Shown in pieces: positions 1 to 12,000 of a stretch of DNA of 64,000 nt. Source of the DNA: Squalus acanthias (lineage: Eukaryota); the NCBI GenBank assembly GCA_030390025.1, contig CM059453.1:7750001-7814000 (forward strand), given 5' to 3'. Both the position numbers and the translations under genes were made by a program. The notes under the pieces were generated by a model. The model saw only the letters and a program-made list of their open reading frames with translations, did not search any database and was not told the DNA's origin. Position 1 is the stretch's first letter, and every line of letters starts with the position of its first letter.

Positions 1-164
1 AATGGAGGGTGATCGCAAGTGGCAAAAAGAGGCTGGAATTACAACATCGGAGATTTCGAACCGGTGCCGATTGTTGTAGGACCAGAGGCCGTTACAGAGC
101 CAGTGTGGGGGCCATTGATAGTTTTATAAAAATATTAATCTGTTCAATGGTAAGAAAGTAAAGA

Positions 165-618
165 ATGAAGACTTGCATTTATATAGCGCCTTTCACTACC
201 TCAGCACGTCTCAAAGCGATTTACAGTCAATGAAGTCCTTTTGAAGTGTAGTCACTGTTGTAATGTGGGAAATGCGGCAGTCAATCCATGCACAGCAAGC
301 TCCCACAAACAGCAATGTGATAATGACCAGATAATCTGTTGATTGACGGATAAATATTGGACAAACCCCTCGCGTAGAACTCCCCTGCTCTTCCTCGAAA
401 TAGTGCCATAGGATCTTTTACGTCTGCCCGAGAAAGCATATGTAACCTCGGTCGAACGTCTCATTCGAAAGACGGCACATCCGACAGTATAGCGCTCCCT
501 CAGTACTGCAGTGGAGGGTCAGCCTGGATTTTAGTGCTCAAGTCCCTGGAGCGGGACTTTGAACCCACAAACTACTTGACTCAGAGGCGAGAGTGTTATC
601 CACTGATCCACGGCTGAA
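165..618 (-). mobile_element. tRNA-derived SINE, SacSINE1/DeuSINE-like
   Basis: Minus strand starts with a tRNA-like head (tcagccgtggatcagtgg...gtgggttcaaagtccc) and ends ...aaaggcgctatataaatgcaagtc. A near-identical copy lies at ~57826-58277. Family name is from recall. Confidence 0.75.
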
Positions 619-941
619 AAGCTACCAGAGGGTAGCCGTTAGCAGGAACGCAGTATATGTTTACGTTAGTTGTTAGGGTGTAATAGAAAAACAAGGGTAT
701 TTGGAGAAAAGTGTTATTCTTATCTTTCACTCTTTCTTCTGAAGCTGTTTAGTTTCACTATGTTTCTTCCAAGGCTACTGTCAGAATTTCTCAATTGAAG
801 AAAGGTAGGTTGTTGAATACCATCAACAAAGTAACTGGAAGCAAGTGAATTTAAATAAATCGACAATTAAAAAGAAGCAGCTAATTTAAATATATTTTAA
901 ATAATCACAGAGGATGTTTGTGTTTGGAAAGCCAGAATAGG

Positions 942-1677
942 GAATTGTTGAGGTTCAGTGGGACCTGAGTGTCCTTCTACACGGATCAATTAAAGTTAAC
1001 ATGCAGGCACAGCAAGCAAATGGTATGTTGGTCTTTATTACAAGAGGATTTTTGTATAAGAGTAAAGACGTCTTACTGCAATTATATCGGGCCCTGGTGA
1101 GACCACACCTGGAGTATTGTGTACAGTTTTGTTCTCCTTACCTAAGGAAGGATATACTTGCCATGGAGGGAGTGAAACGAAGGTTCACCAGACTGGTTCC
1201 TGGGATGGGGGGATTGTCCTATGAGGAGAGATTGAGTAGACTAGGTCTATATTCTCTAGAGTGCAGAAGAATGAGAGTTGATCACTTTGAAACATAGAAA
1301 ATTCTTACAGGGCTTGACAGGGTAGATGCAGAGAGGTTGTTTGCCCTGGTTGGGGAGTCTAGGAGCAGGGGTCACAGTCTCAGAATAAGAGGTCGGCCAT
1401 TTAGGACTGAGATGAGGAGAAATTTGTTCACTCAGAGAGTGATGAATCTTTGGAATTCTCTACCCCAGAGGGCTGTGGATGCTCAGTCGTTGAATATATT
1501 TAAGACAGAGATCGGTAGATTTTTTGGATATTAAGGGAATCAAGGGATATGGCGATAGCGCAGGAAAGTGGAGATGAGGTAGAAGATCAGCCATGATCTT
1601 ATTGAATGGCGGAGCAGGCTCGAGGGGCCGAATGGCCGACTCTTGCTCCTATTTCTTATGTTCTTATGTTCTTATGT
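942..1677 (+). mobile_element. CR1/HER1-like LINE 3' fragment
   Basis: ORFs [12 protein letters not shown]...RRFTRLVPG and FTQRVMNLWNSLP; tail (ttcttatg)n. Confidence 0.93.
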
Positions 1678-2480
1678 TTTCTTTCCTCAGGCCCTTGCCT
1701 GATAACAACCACAGACTGGGCAGCAAGTGTATCTCAGTGAAGTCCAACAGTCCTGTTTGAGTGAAGCTGTTTTTTTAACGGCAATTTCGAATAACAGAAT
1801 CTGAAAAAAAATAACAAGCTAAATTTGAAGACAAATTGATTCGTTTTAGTCACAGGAATAACAAAACAGAATCCAGGTTTTCAAACTGATTCAAAAAGGA
1901 AATTCCTTTCTCTCGCAGTTGATAACTCCAATGTACTGGAATTAGACTATGTAATATGAGGAATGAATGTATGTTACCGCACTTTCACAAAGTCCTGTCT
2001 GTAATTATAAAATTTAGGTCGGATTTTGCATTAAACCCTTCCGTCTGCTCTTTAGACTGTTTGTCCAGACAATGTGTGCAAATCGTGTCTATTGAACAAG
2101 GCGTGAAACACTTGTCTGCTACTTAATAGGGTGTTAAGACAATGTGTGAAACTCATGCATGCCGTTCACGCACAGTCTTAACAAACAACAAAACTCCCCC
2201 GTCTGATACTTACTCGGTGTGCACGTACTTTACAAAACTACTCTATTTGCTCTTTAAACAGTATTAACTTAATGTGCGTAATTCCTGTCTACAATGCTGA
2301 AGGAACACTGTGCAGGCTGATCATTCCTCCCAGTGCGGACTGCACCATATCATTAACCAGCTTCATTAGATAGGGAGAAATCTTCATTTATAAATTTGGA
2401 AGTGTAAGGACAGAAAAGTAACGGGAATCAAATCCTGTCTTTGCTAATCAGGAAATATCAGACACTCAAGTCACTGATGA

Positions 2481-3535
2481 TTACATAGGATTACATAGGA
2501 TATACGGCACAGAAACAAGCCTTTCGGACCAACCAGTCCATGCCGGCGTTTATGCTCCACTCGAGCCTCCTCCCGTCTTTCCTCATCTAAATCTATCAGC
2601 ATGATCCTCTATTCACTTCTCCCTCACATGTTTGTCCAGACTCCCCTTAAATGCATTTATACTGTTCGATTCAACCACTCCCTGTGGTAGCGAGTTCCAC
2701 ATTCTCACCACACTCTGGGTAAATAAGTTTCTTCTGAATTCCCTATTTGATTTCTTGGTGACAATCTTAAATTCACTCCCTCTAGTTATGCTCTTCCCCA
2801 CAAGTGGAAACATTCTCTCTGTATCCACTCTATCAAAACCTTTCATAATTTTAAAGAACTCTATTAGGTCACACCTCAGACTTCTTTTTTCAAGAAAAAA
2901 GAGACCCAGCCTGTTCTATCTTTCCTGATATTTTTAACCTCGCATTTCTGGTATCATCCTTGCAGATCTCCTCTGGACCCTCTCCAGTGCCTCTATATCC
3001 TTTTTATAATATTGTGGCCAGAACTGTACGCAATACTCCAAGTGTGGTCTAACCAAGGTTCGATACAGGTTTAGCATAACTTCCCTACTTTTCAATTCTA
3101 TCCCTCTAGAAATAAACCCTAGTGCTTGTTTTGCATTTGTAATGGCCTGGCTAACCTATGGCGCAACTTTCAGTGATGTGTGTATTTGTAATCCGAGATC
3201 CCTTTATTCCTCTACCCCACCTAGACTCGCACCCTCCAATTGATAAAGTGACCTCCTTATTCGTCCTACCAAAATGCAATACCTCACATTTATCTGTGTT
3301 GAACTTCATTTTCCAAATATTTGCCCATTCTGCGAGTTTATTAATGTCCTCCTCTAATTTGTTGCATCCTCCTCAGTATTGAGTATCCCACCAATTAGCT
3401 ATCATCCTCAAATTTAGAAGTTGTTTGTGATTCTAAAATCCAAATCGTTAATTTAAATTGTGAGCAGTCTTGGTCCCAACACTGATCCTTGTTGAACACC
3501 ACTACCCACCTTCTGCCACTGTGAATGTAGTATGC
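2481..3535 (-). mobile_element. CR1-like LINE 3' fragment
   Basis: Minus ORF 2613-2846 ...[16 protein letters not shown]; repeated ttacatagga tail. Confidence 0.9.
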
Positions 3536-3628
3536 AGCCCTGGTTCAAAACACGAGGACTGTAAGATTTATTGAATTTAATTTTAATCTGTTGTGAGATG
3601 TGCCTTATTTTTATTTTTTAACACTCAG

Positions 3629-3677
3629 GAAGAAGACAAGAGGTACCACTGGTGTCCCCTTAACCAACAACGATTCG
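3629..3677 (+). CDS. Gene A cytoplasmic exon 1 (R)KKTRGTTGVPLTNNDS; alternative donor after 3716
   Basis: Pyrimidine tract+CAG acceptor at 3626-3628 and GTGAGT donor at 3678; phase 2 in, phase 0 out; matches gene C exon 60641-60689. Confidence 0.75.
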
Positions 3678-4311
3678 GTGAGTTACTTTGTTGTGTAGAC
3701 CCCATTTAACACCGAGGTAAGTGAGTGGATGGCAACGGCCCAGCATCCGATGGAGTTACCCCTGTCTGATATTGGCACTGTTTGTAACCAGAGTGAGTCA
3801 CATTAACCGTGCATTTCAAAGGGTCAACAGGTCATCCAGAAAAATGTTTGACTGTGTTTTTAAGTGGTGGAATCAGCAGCTCAAACTACTAACAGAAAGT
3901 GATGTGCTGGCCATGTCCTGGTCAATGCATCGTGCATTTTCCCTGCAGTGGATTTCTATTGAATTCAACGTGGGTCGAAGGGTATCGATTTACCGTGTCA
4001 CGACATATATTAACCAGAATAATGTTTACACTCCCCTCACCCACGACATTACCTCCGGTGGTTTAAATTATCATCAAGATCGTATAGTTTCAGGGGTTTG
4101 AGAGGATCAAATAGAATTATATTTCTCTGACATTATCTACATTGTCCTCCCTGGATTTTAAGGCGCTATATTACCGCGAGGCGGCAACAATCCGCGCGAG
4201 GAGCCTGGGTGAGCAATAGGCTCGCATTTTCAAGCCCGGACAGGTTTTAAATCCGGGGTCTTAATTCAATATCCAGCCCCGACTCCCACCCGAACTAGAC
4301 TGCAATCATTG

Positions 4312-4775
4312 GCTATAATAAAAGCTGAAAATGCAGGAAATACTCAGCAAGTCGGGCAGCATCTGTTGAAGATGGAACCGGTTTTAAGCAAGTGCAGGGG
4401 CAGAGAAAGGGGGAGGGGAGGAAACGATAAAAGTGAAGGTCTGTGATAGGGTGGAAGGCAGGAGAGATTAAATGACAAAACAGATGATGGTGCGAGGCAA
4501 AATGAGATAGTAATAGGACAAGTGAAGGAACATAAGTTGGGCCGAGAGGAGGTGTAAATGGCAGCAGCAGAACCATCACCAAAAACTGCTGTCCGAAACA
4601 ATGGGGGCAGTGATGATGATCTGAAATTGTTAAACTCGGTGTTGAGTCCAGAAGGCTGTAAAGTGCCTATTCGAAAGATGAGGTGCTGTTCCTCGAGTTT
4701 CCATTGAGTTTCATTGGAACAGTGTAGGATGCTGAGGACAGAGAGGTCAGAGTGGGAGTGGAGCAGAGAATTATA
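4312..4775 (-). mobile_element. Penelope-like element 3' fragment (GIY-YIG C-terminus + UTR)
   Basis: Minus strand ~4619-4772 translates ...HSDLSVLSILHCSNETQWKLEEQHLIFRIGTLQPSGLNTEFNNFR, typical of the end of a PLE endonuclease. Confidence 0.8.
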
Positions 4776-5015
4776 CTCAGGCTCTCTCTCGCAATTGCCC
4801 CAGCAGTCGGGTAAATGTTGAGGAGTGGGGAATACTATCGGCGCGGCAGTACTCAGGGCCAGGGGAAGCCAAGGCGTCCTTTTAGGGACAGAAGGAGCTC
4901 AATAGGACAATTAGAACGGTGGCAGAGTCGGAATAAAGCGGGTTAGTCTGGTACAGGAAGCGCACTGTCACCCGGTTCAGTATCTCCACATCTAATGCAC
5001 TACTTTCTGTTATAG

Positions 5016-5183
5016 AGACAAGACATGTATGGAGACACGGGTGTGAAAGGGGCTACATCAAAAAGGTCAGCACAAAGTGAAGAGGTCCTGTATGCAGCTG
5101 TCAATTTTTCAAAAGTTCACAAGCAAGAGCAATATCTCCAGAACGAGGAGACAAGTGAATACGCCGCAATTACATTTAAATGA
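5016..5183 (+). CDS. Gene A terminal exon with ITIM (VLYAAV) and ITIM-like motif (SEYAAI)
   Basis: TAG acceptor 5013-5015; translates RQDMYGDTGVKGATSKRSAQSEEVLYAAVNFSKVHKQEQYLQNEETSEYAAITFK*, the Siglec-type tail layout. Confidence 0.88.
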   Translation, partial: RQDMYGDTGVKGATSKRSAQSEEVLYAAVNFSKVHKQEQYLQNEETSEYAAITFK

Positions 5184-5434
5184 AATCCACTATTCTGACA
5201 GATGGAATCTATCAATATCAACACGACTGTTGTTATGACTTAGAATAGGAATTTCACATTCCAGGAAGTAGTGTGAATGGACATCTATAAGAGATTAATT
5301 GCTATGATTTCAATTCTCTTTGTGAGAAGATTTGATTTCCAATCCCAAACGAGTTTCTGTTGCAAGCCTCTGTCTGAAATTGAGCGATAAGCACGCTTTA
5401 ACTAAATGTAACTTTAAACTATTTTATCTGCTTT

Positions 5435-5440
5435 AATAAA
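5435..5440 (+). terminator. Putative polyadenylation signal of gene A
   Basis: AATAAA ~250 nt after the stop; conserved in gene C at 62495-62500. Confidence 0.6.
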
Positions 5441-6117
5441 CAACCTCTCAGCATCTATCCTGTCAATCCCCTTCGGAATCCTTTGTTTCAATGAGTTCAC
5501 CTCTCATTCTTCTAAACTCCAGAGTGTCCAGTCTCATTCGACACAATCTCTCCTCATAAGACAGCCCTCTCATCCCAGGAATCAATCTAGTAAATCTTCG
5601 TTGCACCAACTCCAAGGCAAGTATATCCTTCCTTAGATAAGGAGACCAAAACTGTTCACAGTACTCCAGGTGTGGTCTCAGCAATGCCCTGTACAATTGT
5701 AGCAAGACTTCCTTACTCTTACACACCAACCCCTTGCAATAAAGGCCAACATGCCATTTGCCTTCCTTATTGCTTGCTGTACCTGCATGGTATATTTCTG
5801 TGTTTCTTGAACGAGGACACCCAGATCTCTCTGAACACCAGTATTTAAAAGATTTGCAGCATTTAAAAAATATTATGTTCTTCGATTCTTCCTACCAAAG
5901 TGAATAACCTCACATTTCATGACATTATACTCCATCTGCCACCTTACTGCCCACTCACTTAGACTATCTATACCCCTTTGCCGACTCTTTGATTTCTCCT
6001 CACAGCTAAATGCCGCACCTAGCTTTGTATCGTCAGCAAACTTGGATACATTACACTCAATTCCTTCATGTAGGTCGTTAATATAGATTGTAAATAGTTG
6101 AGGCCCCAACACTGATC
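5441..6117 (-). mobile_element. CR1-like LINE RT fragment
   Basis: Minus ORFs with [10 protein letters not shown] and LRPHLEYC. Confidence 0.92.
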
Positions 6118-6869
6118 TGGATTAAGCAAACTTTACGAGGCTCCTTTGATTAAATCACATTGTTCAGGACTGGAAGACAGCAGTTGACCCTTAACCTCAG
6201 CTTTATGCCGACAATTGCACAACCCTCTTATCTCCAGCAGGCAGATCTCATCTGAACTGATTCTGTTTCTCAATCTAATGATTAAGGTCGACGTGGCTTA
6301 CTTGAGATCCCGATTGCGTCCAGAATTGGTTCAAACTGATCAAATTAAAGAGACTTGTTCATGTAGATAAAACATGGCAATATTGTTTCATGCAGCATTG
6401 ACACTCGAATGTAAAAGCTGATGCCACTCTTCCCAGATCCAGCATTGAAATGAGAAAACAATCATAAAAGGGTCACTGTGGCAACTGGGATATGAATGAG
6501 TTAATTTCACCAAATGTCATATCGCTGAAGTGTGAGTATAAACAGTTGAGGTCACTTCGAAAAATGGAAGTTTACCGTGTGAAACTGTCAAACTATTTTG
6601 ACCCTTTGACATTTCAGCCTACTGAAGGTGATAAGCCCACATGTCTGCAGAGAGCGGCAACAGAACAAACCAAACCATCTCGTTCACAGCACATTGGCAG
6701 CCAAGTACCTAAACATGTGAGAGATATGAGGCTAAAGTGTGCGCACGAGGCTATTTTAGATATTCGAATCATAAATGTTGGTTCCTGTCCTGTAACTGTG
6801 TAGCTGATGAGGGGGGAGGAGGGGTAATTATCTGTTCGGGAGTCTTTGGCATTATGTTGATATCATCAT

Positions 6870-8237
6870 AGCAAACGTAATAACGATATTTAAGAAGGGA
6901 GATAGAACATTTCAAGGGAATTATAGACCAGTCAGCTTAACATCGGTGGGAGAAAAATTATTGGAATCCCTACTTAAGGAGAAAATGGAAGAACATCTGG
7001 AAACCAAAAATATAATAATGAATGGTCAGCATGGATTTCAACAGGGAAAGTCTTGCTTGACCAACTTTATTGAATTTTTTGAAGAGATAACTGCGAGAGT
7101 AGACAATTGCAATGCAGTAGATGTAATTTATCTGGATTTTCAAAAGGCCTTTGATAAGGTACGCCATAATAGACAGATGAACAAGGTCAGCGAATCTGGA
7201 GTCAGGGGACAAGTAGCAGATGGGATTGCTAGCTGGATTAAGAACAAACAGCAGAGAGTAGGAGTAAAGGGCGGCAGCTATTCACAGTGGCAGCAGGCGG
7301 GTAGTGGTGTTCCACAAGGATCAGTGCTGCGACCACTGCTGTTCAAAATTTGCATTAACGATTTAGACTTTGGAATCAAAAACAATTAAAAATGACACCA
7401 AATTGGGGGCGATAGTCAATACTGAGGAGGACTGCAAAAAATTACAGGAGGGCATTAATAAACTTATAGAATGGGCAAATAATTGGCAATTGAAGTTCAA
7501 AACAGATAAATGTGAGGTATTACATTTTGTTACGAAGAATAAAAGGTCACTTGTTACTTGGATGGTGTGAGTCTAGGAGGGGTTGAGGAACAAAGGGATC
7601 TCGGAGTACAAATACACAAATCACTAAAAGTTGCGCCACAGGTTAGCAAGGCCATAAAAAGCAAATCAAGCACAACGCTTTAAGGATTGTTTCTAGAGGG
7701 AGAGAATTGAAAAGTAGGGAAGTTATGCTAAACCTGTAGGGGCAGAGAAGATTTACAAGGATGATACCAGAAATGCAAGGGTATACCTATCAGGACAGGA
7801 TGAACAGGCTGGGTCTCTTTTCTCTTGAAAAAAGAAGACTGAGGGGTGACCTAATAGAGGACTTTACAATTATGGAAGATTTTGATGAAGTGGATACAGA
7901 GAGAATGTTTCCACTTGTGGGGAAGAGCATATCTAGAGGCCATCAATGTAAGATGGTCACCAAGAAATCCAATAGGGAATTCAGAAGAAACTTATTTACC
8001 AAAAGCGTGGTGAGAATGTGGAATTCGCTACTACAGGGAGTGGTTGAAGCGAATAGTATGGATGCATTTAAGGGGAGGCTAGACAAGCATATGAGGGAGA
8101 AGGGAACAGAGGGTTTTGCTGACAGATTTCGGTGAGTAAAGATGGGAGGAGTCTGGAATGGAACATAAACGCCGGCAGGGTCTGGTTGGGCCGAATGGCC
8201 TGTTTCTGTGCCGTATATCCTAAGTGATTCTATGTAA
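6870..8237 (+). mobile_element. CR1-like LINE RT-3' fragment, degenerate
   Basis: QHGFQQGKSCLTN, YLDFQKAFDKV, GVPQGSVL motifs. Confidence 0.93.
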
Positions 8238-8482
8238 TCATCAGTAAATCTGAACATGTTCGCAGACATATTCGAACTGTCCGAGAGTGACAACAGTTAT
8301 GTTCACTAACAGTGAAGGAGTTTCACAACCTATGTGAGGTAACACGGTTGCCAATGATTGGTGGATTTCCAACAGTTGATATCCCGATGCTCTTATACAA
8401 TAGATGACCGGCGAGCTGAATCCAGCACCGTGATTAGTCTTAGACTGAGAAGGCTGTTATACATCGTGAACTCTCTGCAGTG

Positions 8483-8519
8483 ATGAAGTTTATTTCACTC
8501 CTCCTGATATTTTTCGAAT
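8483..8519 (+). pseudogene. Orphan signal-peptide exon MKFISLLLIFFE (phase 1)
   Basis: Homologous position and sequence to the leader exons at 22972 and 47000; weak donor GTATAA. Confidence 0.55.
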
Positions 8520-9051
8520 GTATAATTAGTACTCATGGAGGCAATTTCCATCGTGTGGGAAAATAACCAAATAACTAGTAATCGATCCAGGATTGTACCC
8601 ATACTGATTGGTTTGGCAGGACCTGTTGTTTAAATCACTTTCAGCTGTGTATTTTCTCGACAAAAACTCCAGGTCCATTTCACACGTACCAGACATCAGA
8701 CCGAAATTTGCAAAAATAAACACTGCAACACATAGGGGGGGGATTTGTGTTAAGTTGTGCAAAATTAGAGAGCTTGAGTGTGCAATTCAAAAATTAAATC
8801 AAAAGGGAAAACAAGCTGTTTACCACAGCGTCAAACGGTTTACTATCAAACAGCTCCTATCTATGACGTCACAGATGCATGTTGGAGCCCTCATTAACGA
8901 AGGTGACGAAACCACACGTCTACAGACTGCAGCAAGCTAACCAACTGAAGTTAACAACTCTACAACATTCAGCTCGTATTAGCTGCCAGAAAGCGGAATA
9001 TGTGTGAAATGTGAGTCAGAGGCGTCTGCAAGCGTGCGCGTTGCCATTCTG

Positions 9052-12000
9052 ACACAGAATATAGGGAGTTAGGAGGTAAATTAAAAAAGAGGACCTCAAA
9101 GGTAGTAATCTCAGGATTGCTACCAGTGCCACGTGCTACTCAGAGTAGAAATAGGAGTATATTTCAAATGAACACGTGGCTAGAGGAATGGTGCAAGGGG
9201 GAGGGATTCAAATTCCTTGGACATTGGAACCGGTTCTGAGGGAGGTGGGACCAGTACAAACGGGACGGTCTGCACCTGGGCAGGGCCGGGACCGATGTCC
9301 TAGGGGGAGTGTTTGCTAGTGCTGTTGGGGAGGGTTTAAACTAAAGTGGCAGGGGGTTGGGAACCTGAGCAGGGAGACAGAGGAAAGGGAAATAAGGATA
9401 AAAGCTAAAGACAGGAAGGAGAAAACCAAAAGCAGAAGGCAAACAACTCAACGGTTTAAATCAAACATAGTCACAGTAAATAATAATTCATATAGGTCTG
9501 ACAGCGTTAAAAAAACAAGCCTGAAGGCTTTGTGTCTTAATGCAAGGAGCATTCGGAACAAGGTGGATGAATTAGCTGCTCAAATAGAGGTAAATGAATA
9601 CGATTTGATTGGGATTACAGAAACATGGCTCCAGGGTGGCCAAGGCTGGGAACTCAACATCCAGGGTTATTCAATATTTAGGAAAGATAGGCAAAAAAGA
9701 AAGGGAGGTGGGGTAGCATTGCTGGTTAAAGAGGGGATTAACACAATTGAAAGGAAGGATATTAGCTCTGATGGTGCGGAATCTGTATGGGTAGAACTGA
9801 GAAATAACAAGGGGCAGAAAACGTTAGTAGGAGTGGTATATAGACCTCCAAACAGTAATACGGAGGTTGGGGACGGCATTAAAAGGGAAATTAGAGAAGC
9901 ATGCAGTAAGGGCACAGCAGTCATCATGGGTGACTTTAATTTACATATAGATTGGGCTAACCAAATTAGTAAAAATACTGTGGAGGAGGAATTCCTAGAA
10001 TGTTTACGAGATGGTTTTCTGGAACAATATGTCGAGGAACCAACCAGAGATCAGGCCATCTTAGACTGAGTATTATGCAACGAGAAAGGATTAATTAGCA
10101 ATCTTGTTGCACGAGGCCCCTTAGGTCAGAGTAATCATAATATGATAGAATTCTTCATTAGGATGGAGAGTGAAGTAGTTGAATCAGAGACTAGGGTCCT
10201 CAATTTAAATAAAGGAAACTACGATGGTATGAGGCGCAAATTGGGTAGGATTGATTGGGGAATGTCACTCAAGGAATTGACGGTGGATAGGCAATGGCAA
10301 TCATTCGAAGACTGCATGGATGAACTACAGAATTTGTACATCCCAGTGTGGCATAAGAATTAAACAAAAAGGGTGACACAACCATGGCTAACAAGGAAAA
10401 TTAGGGATAGCATAAGATCCAAGGAGAGGGCATATAAATTGGCCAGAAAAAGCGGTAGCCCTGAGGATTGGGAACAGTTTAGGATTCAACAAAGGAGGAC
10501 AAAGGGATTAATTAAGAAGGGGAAAATAGAATATGAAAGTAAGCTTGCTGGGAACATAAAAACTGACTGTAAGAGCTTTTATAGATATGTGAAGAGAAAA
10601 AGATTAGTGAAATCAAGTGTAGGTCCCTTGCAGTCAGAAGCGGGCGAAGTTATAATGGGGAACAAAGAAATGGCAGCCCAATTAAATGCATATTTTGGTT
10701 CTGTCTTCACAAAGGAGGACACAAATAACCTCGCAGAGATGTTGGAGAACATACGGTCTGATGAAAGGGAGGAACTGAAAGAAATCAGTATTTGCAGGGA
10801 AATGGTGTTAGGGAAATTGACGGTATTGAAGGCCGATAAATCCCCAGGGCCTGATAATCTACATCCTAGGGTACTTAAGGAAGTGGCCCTAGAAATAGTA
10901 GAGGCATTGCTGATCATCTTCCAACATTCGATGGAATCTGGAACTGTATCCATGGATTGGAGGGTAGCTAATGTTACCCCACTATTCCAAAAGGGTGGTA
11001 GAGAGAAAGCGGGGAATTACAGCCCGGTAAGCCTGACATCGGTAGTGGGGAAAATGCTAGAGTCCATTATAAAGGATGTAATAGCTGAGCATTTGAAAAA
11101 CAGTGACAGGATCGGACAAAGTCAACATGGATTTACAAAAGGTAAATCGTGCTTGACTAATCTACTGGAATTTTTTGAGGATGTAAGTGGGAAAATAGAT
11201 AAGGGAGAACCAGTAGATGTGGTGTATTTGGACTTTCAAAAGGCTTTCGATAAGGTCCCGCATAAGAGATTAACGGGTAAGGTTAAGGCACATGGGGTTG
11301 GGGGCAAGGTATTGACTTGGATAGAGAACTGGTTGGCGGACAGAAAGCAGAGTGTAGGAATTAATGGGTCTTTTTCCGAGTGGCAAGCAGTGACTAGTGG
11401 GGTACCGCAGGGATCGGTCCTTGGACCCCAGCTATTCGCAATATACATTAATGATCCAGATAAGGGAATTAAATGTAATATCTCCAAGTTTGCAGATGAC
11501 ACAAAGCTGGGTGGGAGTGTGTGCAGCGAGGAGGATAGCGAGAAACTCCAGGATGTTCTGAACAGGTTGGGTGAGTGGGGAGAAGCGTGGCAGATGCAAT
11601 ATAACGTGGATAAGTGCGAGGTTATGCACTTTGGTGTCAAAAACAGAAAGGCAGACTATTATCTGAATGGCATTAGATTGGGACAAGGGGAAGTGCAACG
11701 AGACCTGGGTGTCCTTGTGCACCAGTCGCTGAAAGTAAGCATGCAGGTGCAGCAGGCGGTGAAGAAGGCAAATGGTATGTTGGCCTTCATAGCGAAAGGG
11801 TTTGAGTTTAGGAACAGGGATGTCCTGCTGCAGTTCTACAGGGCCTTGGTGAGACCACACCTTGAGTACTGTTTGCAGTTTTAGTCGCCTTATCTGAGGA
11901 AGGATGTTCTTGCCATGGAAGGAGTTCAGCAAAGATTCACAAGGCTGATACCTGGGATGGCAGGAATGACATATGAGGAGAGATTGGGTCGATTGGGCTT

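Larger units (their letters stand above)
1..6939 (+). repeat. Segmental duplication copy 1 (paralogous to 57659-64000)
   Basis: Pos 1 aatggagggtgatc matches 57659, and 6930-6939 agtcagctta matches the last 10 nt of the window. Same SINE, LINE fragments and exons in the same order. Confidence 0.97.
6230..8570 (+). pseudogene. Relic 5' region (upstream module + leader exon) of a further Siglec-like paralogue, split by a CR1 at ~6870-8237
   Basis: 6230-6870 aligns to 21590-22230 and 46040-46680; 8330-8570 aligns to 46820-47100; no V exon follows. Confidence 0.65.

Noticed and set aside
6492-6803. 103-aa ORF (and its paralogue 63607-63864) as a novel small gene
   Set aside because: It lies in the upstream non-coding module. 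The B and C copies of the module do not keep the frame, and there is no recognisable domain.
10373-11884. 503-aa RT ORF as a domesticated host gene or retron-like system
   Set aside because: It is a segment of an ordinary CR1 ORF2, bounded by nonsense mutations and followed by the CR1 3' tail.
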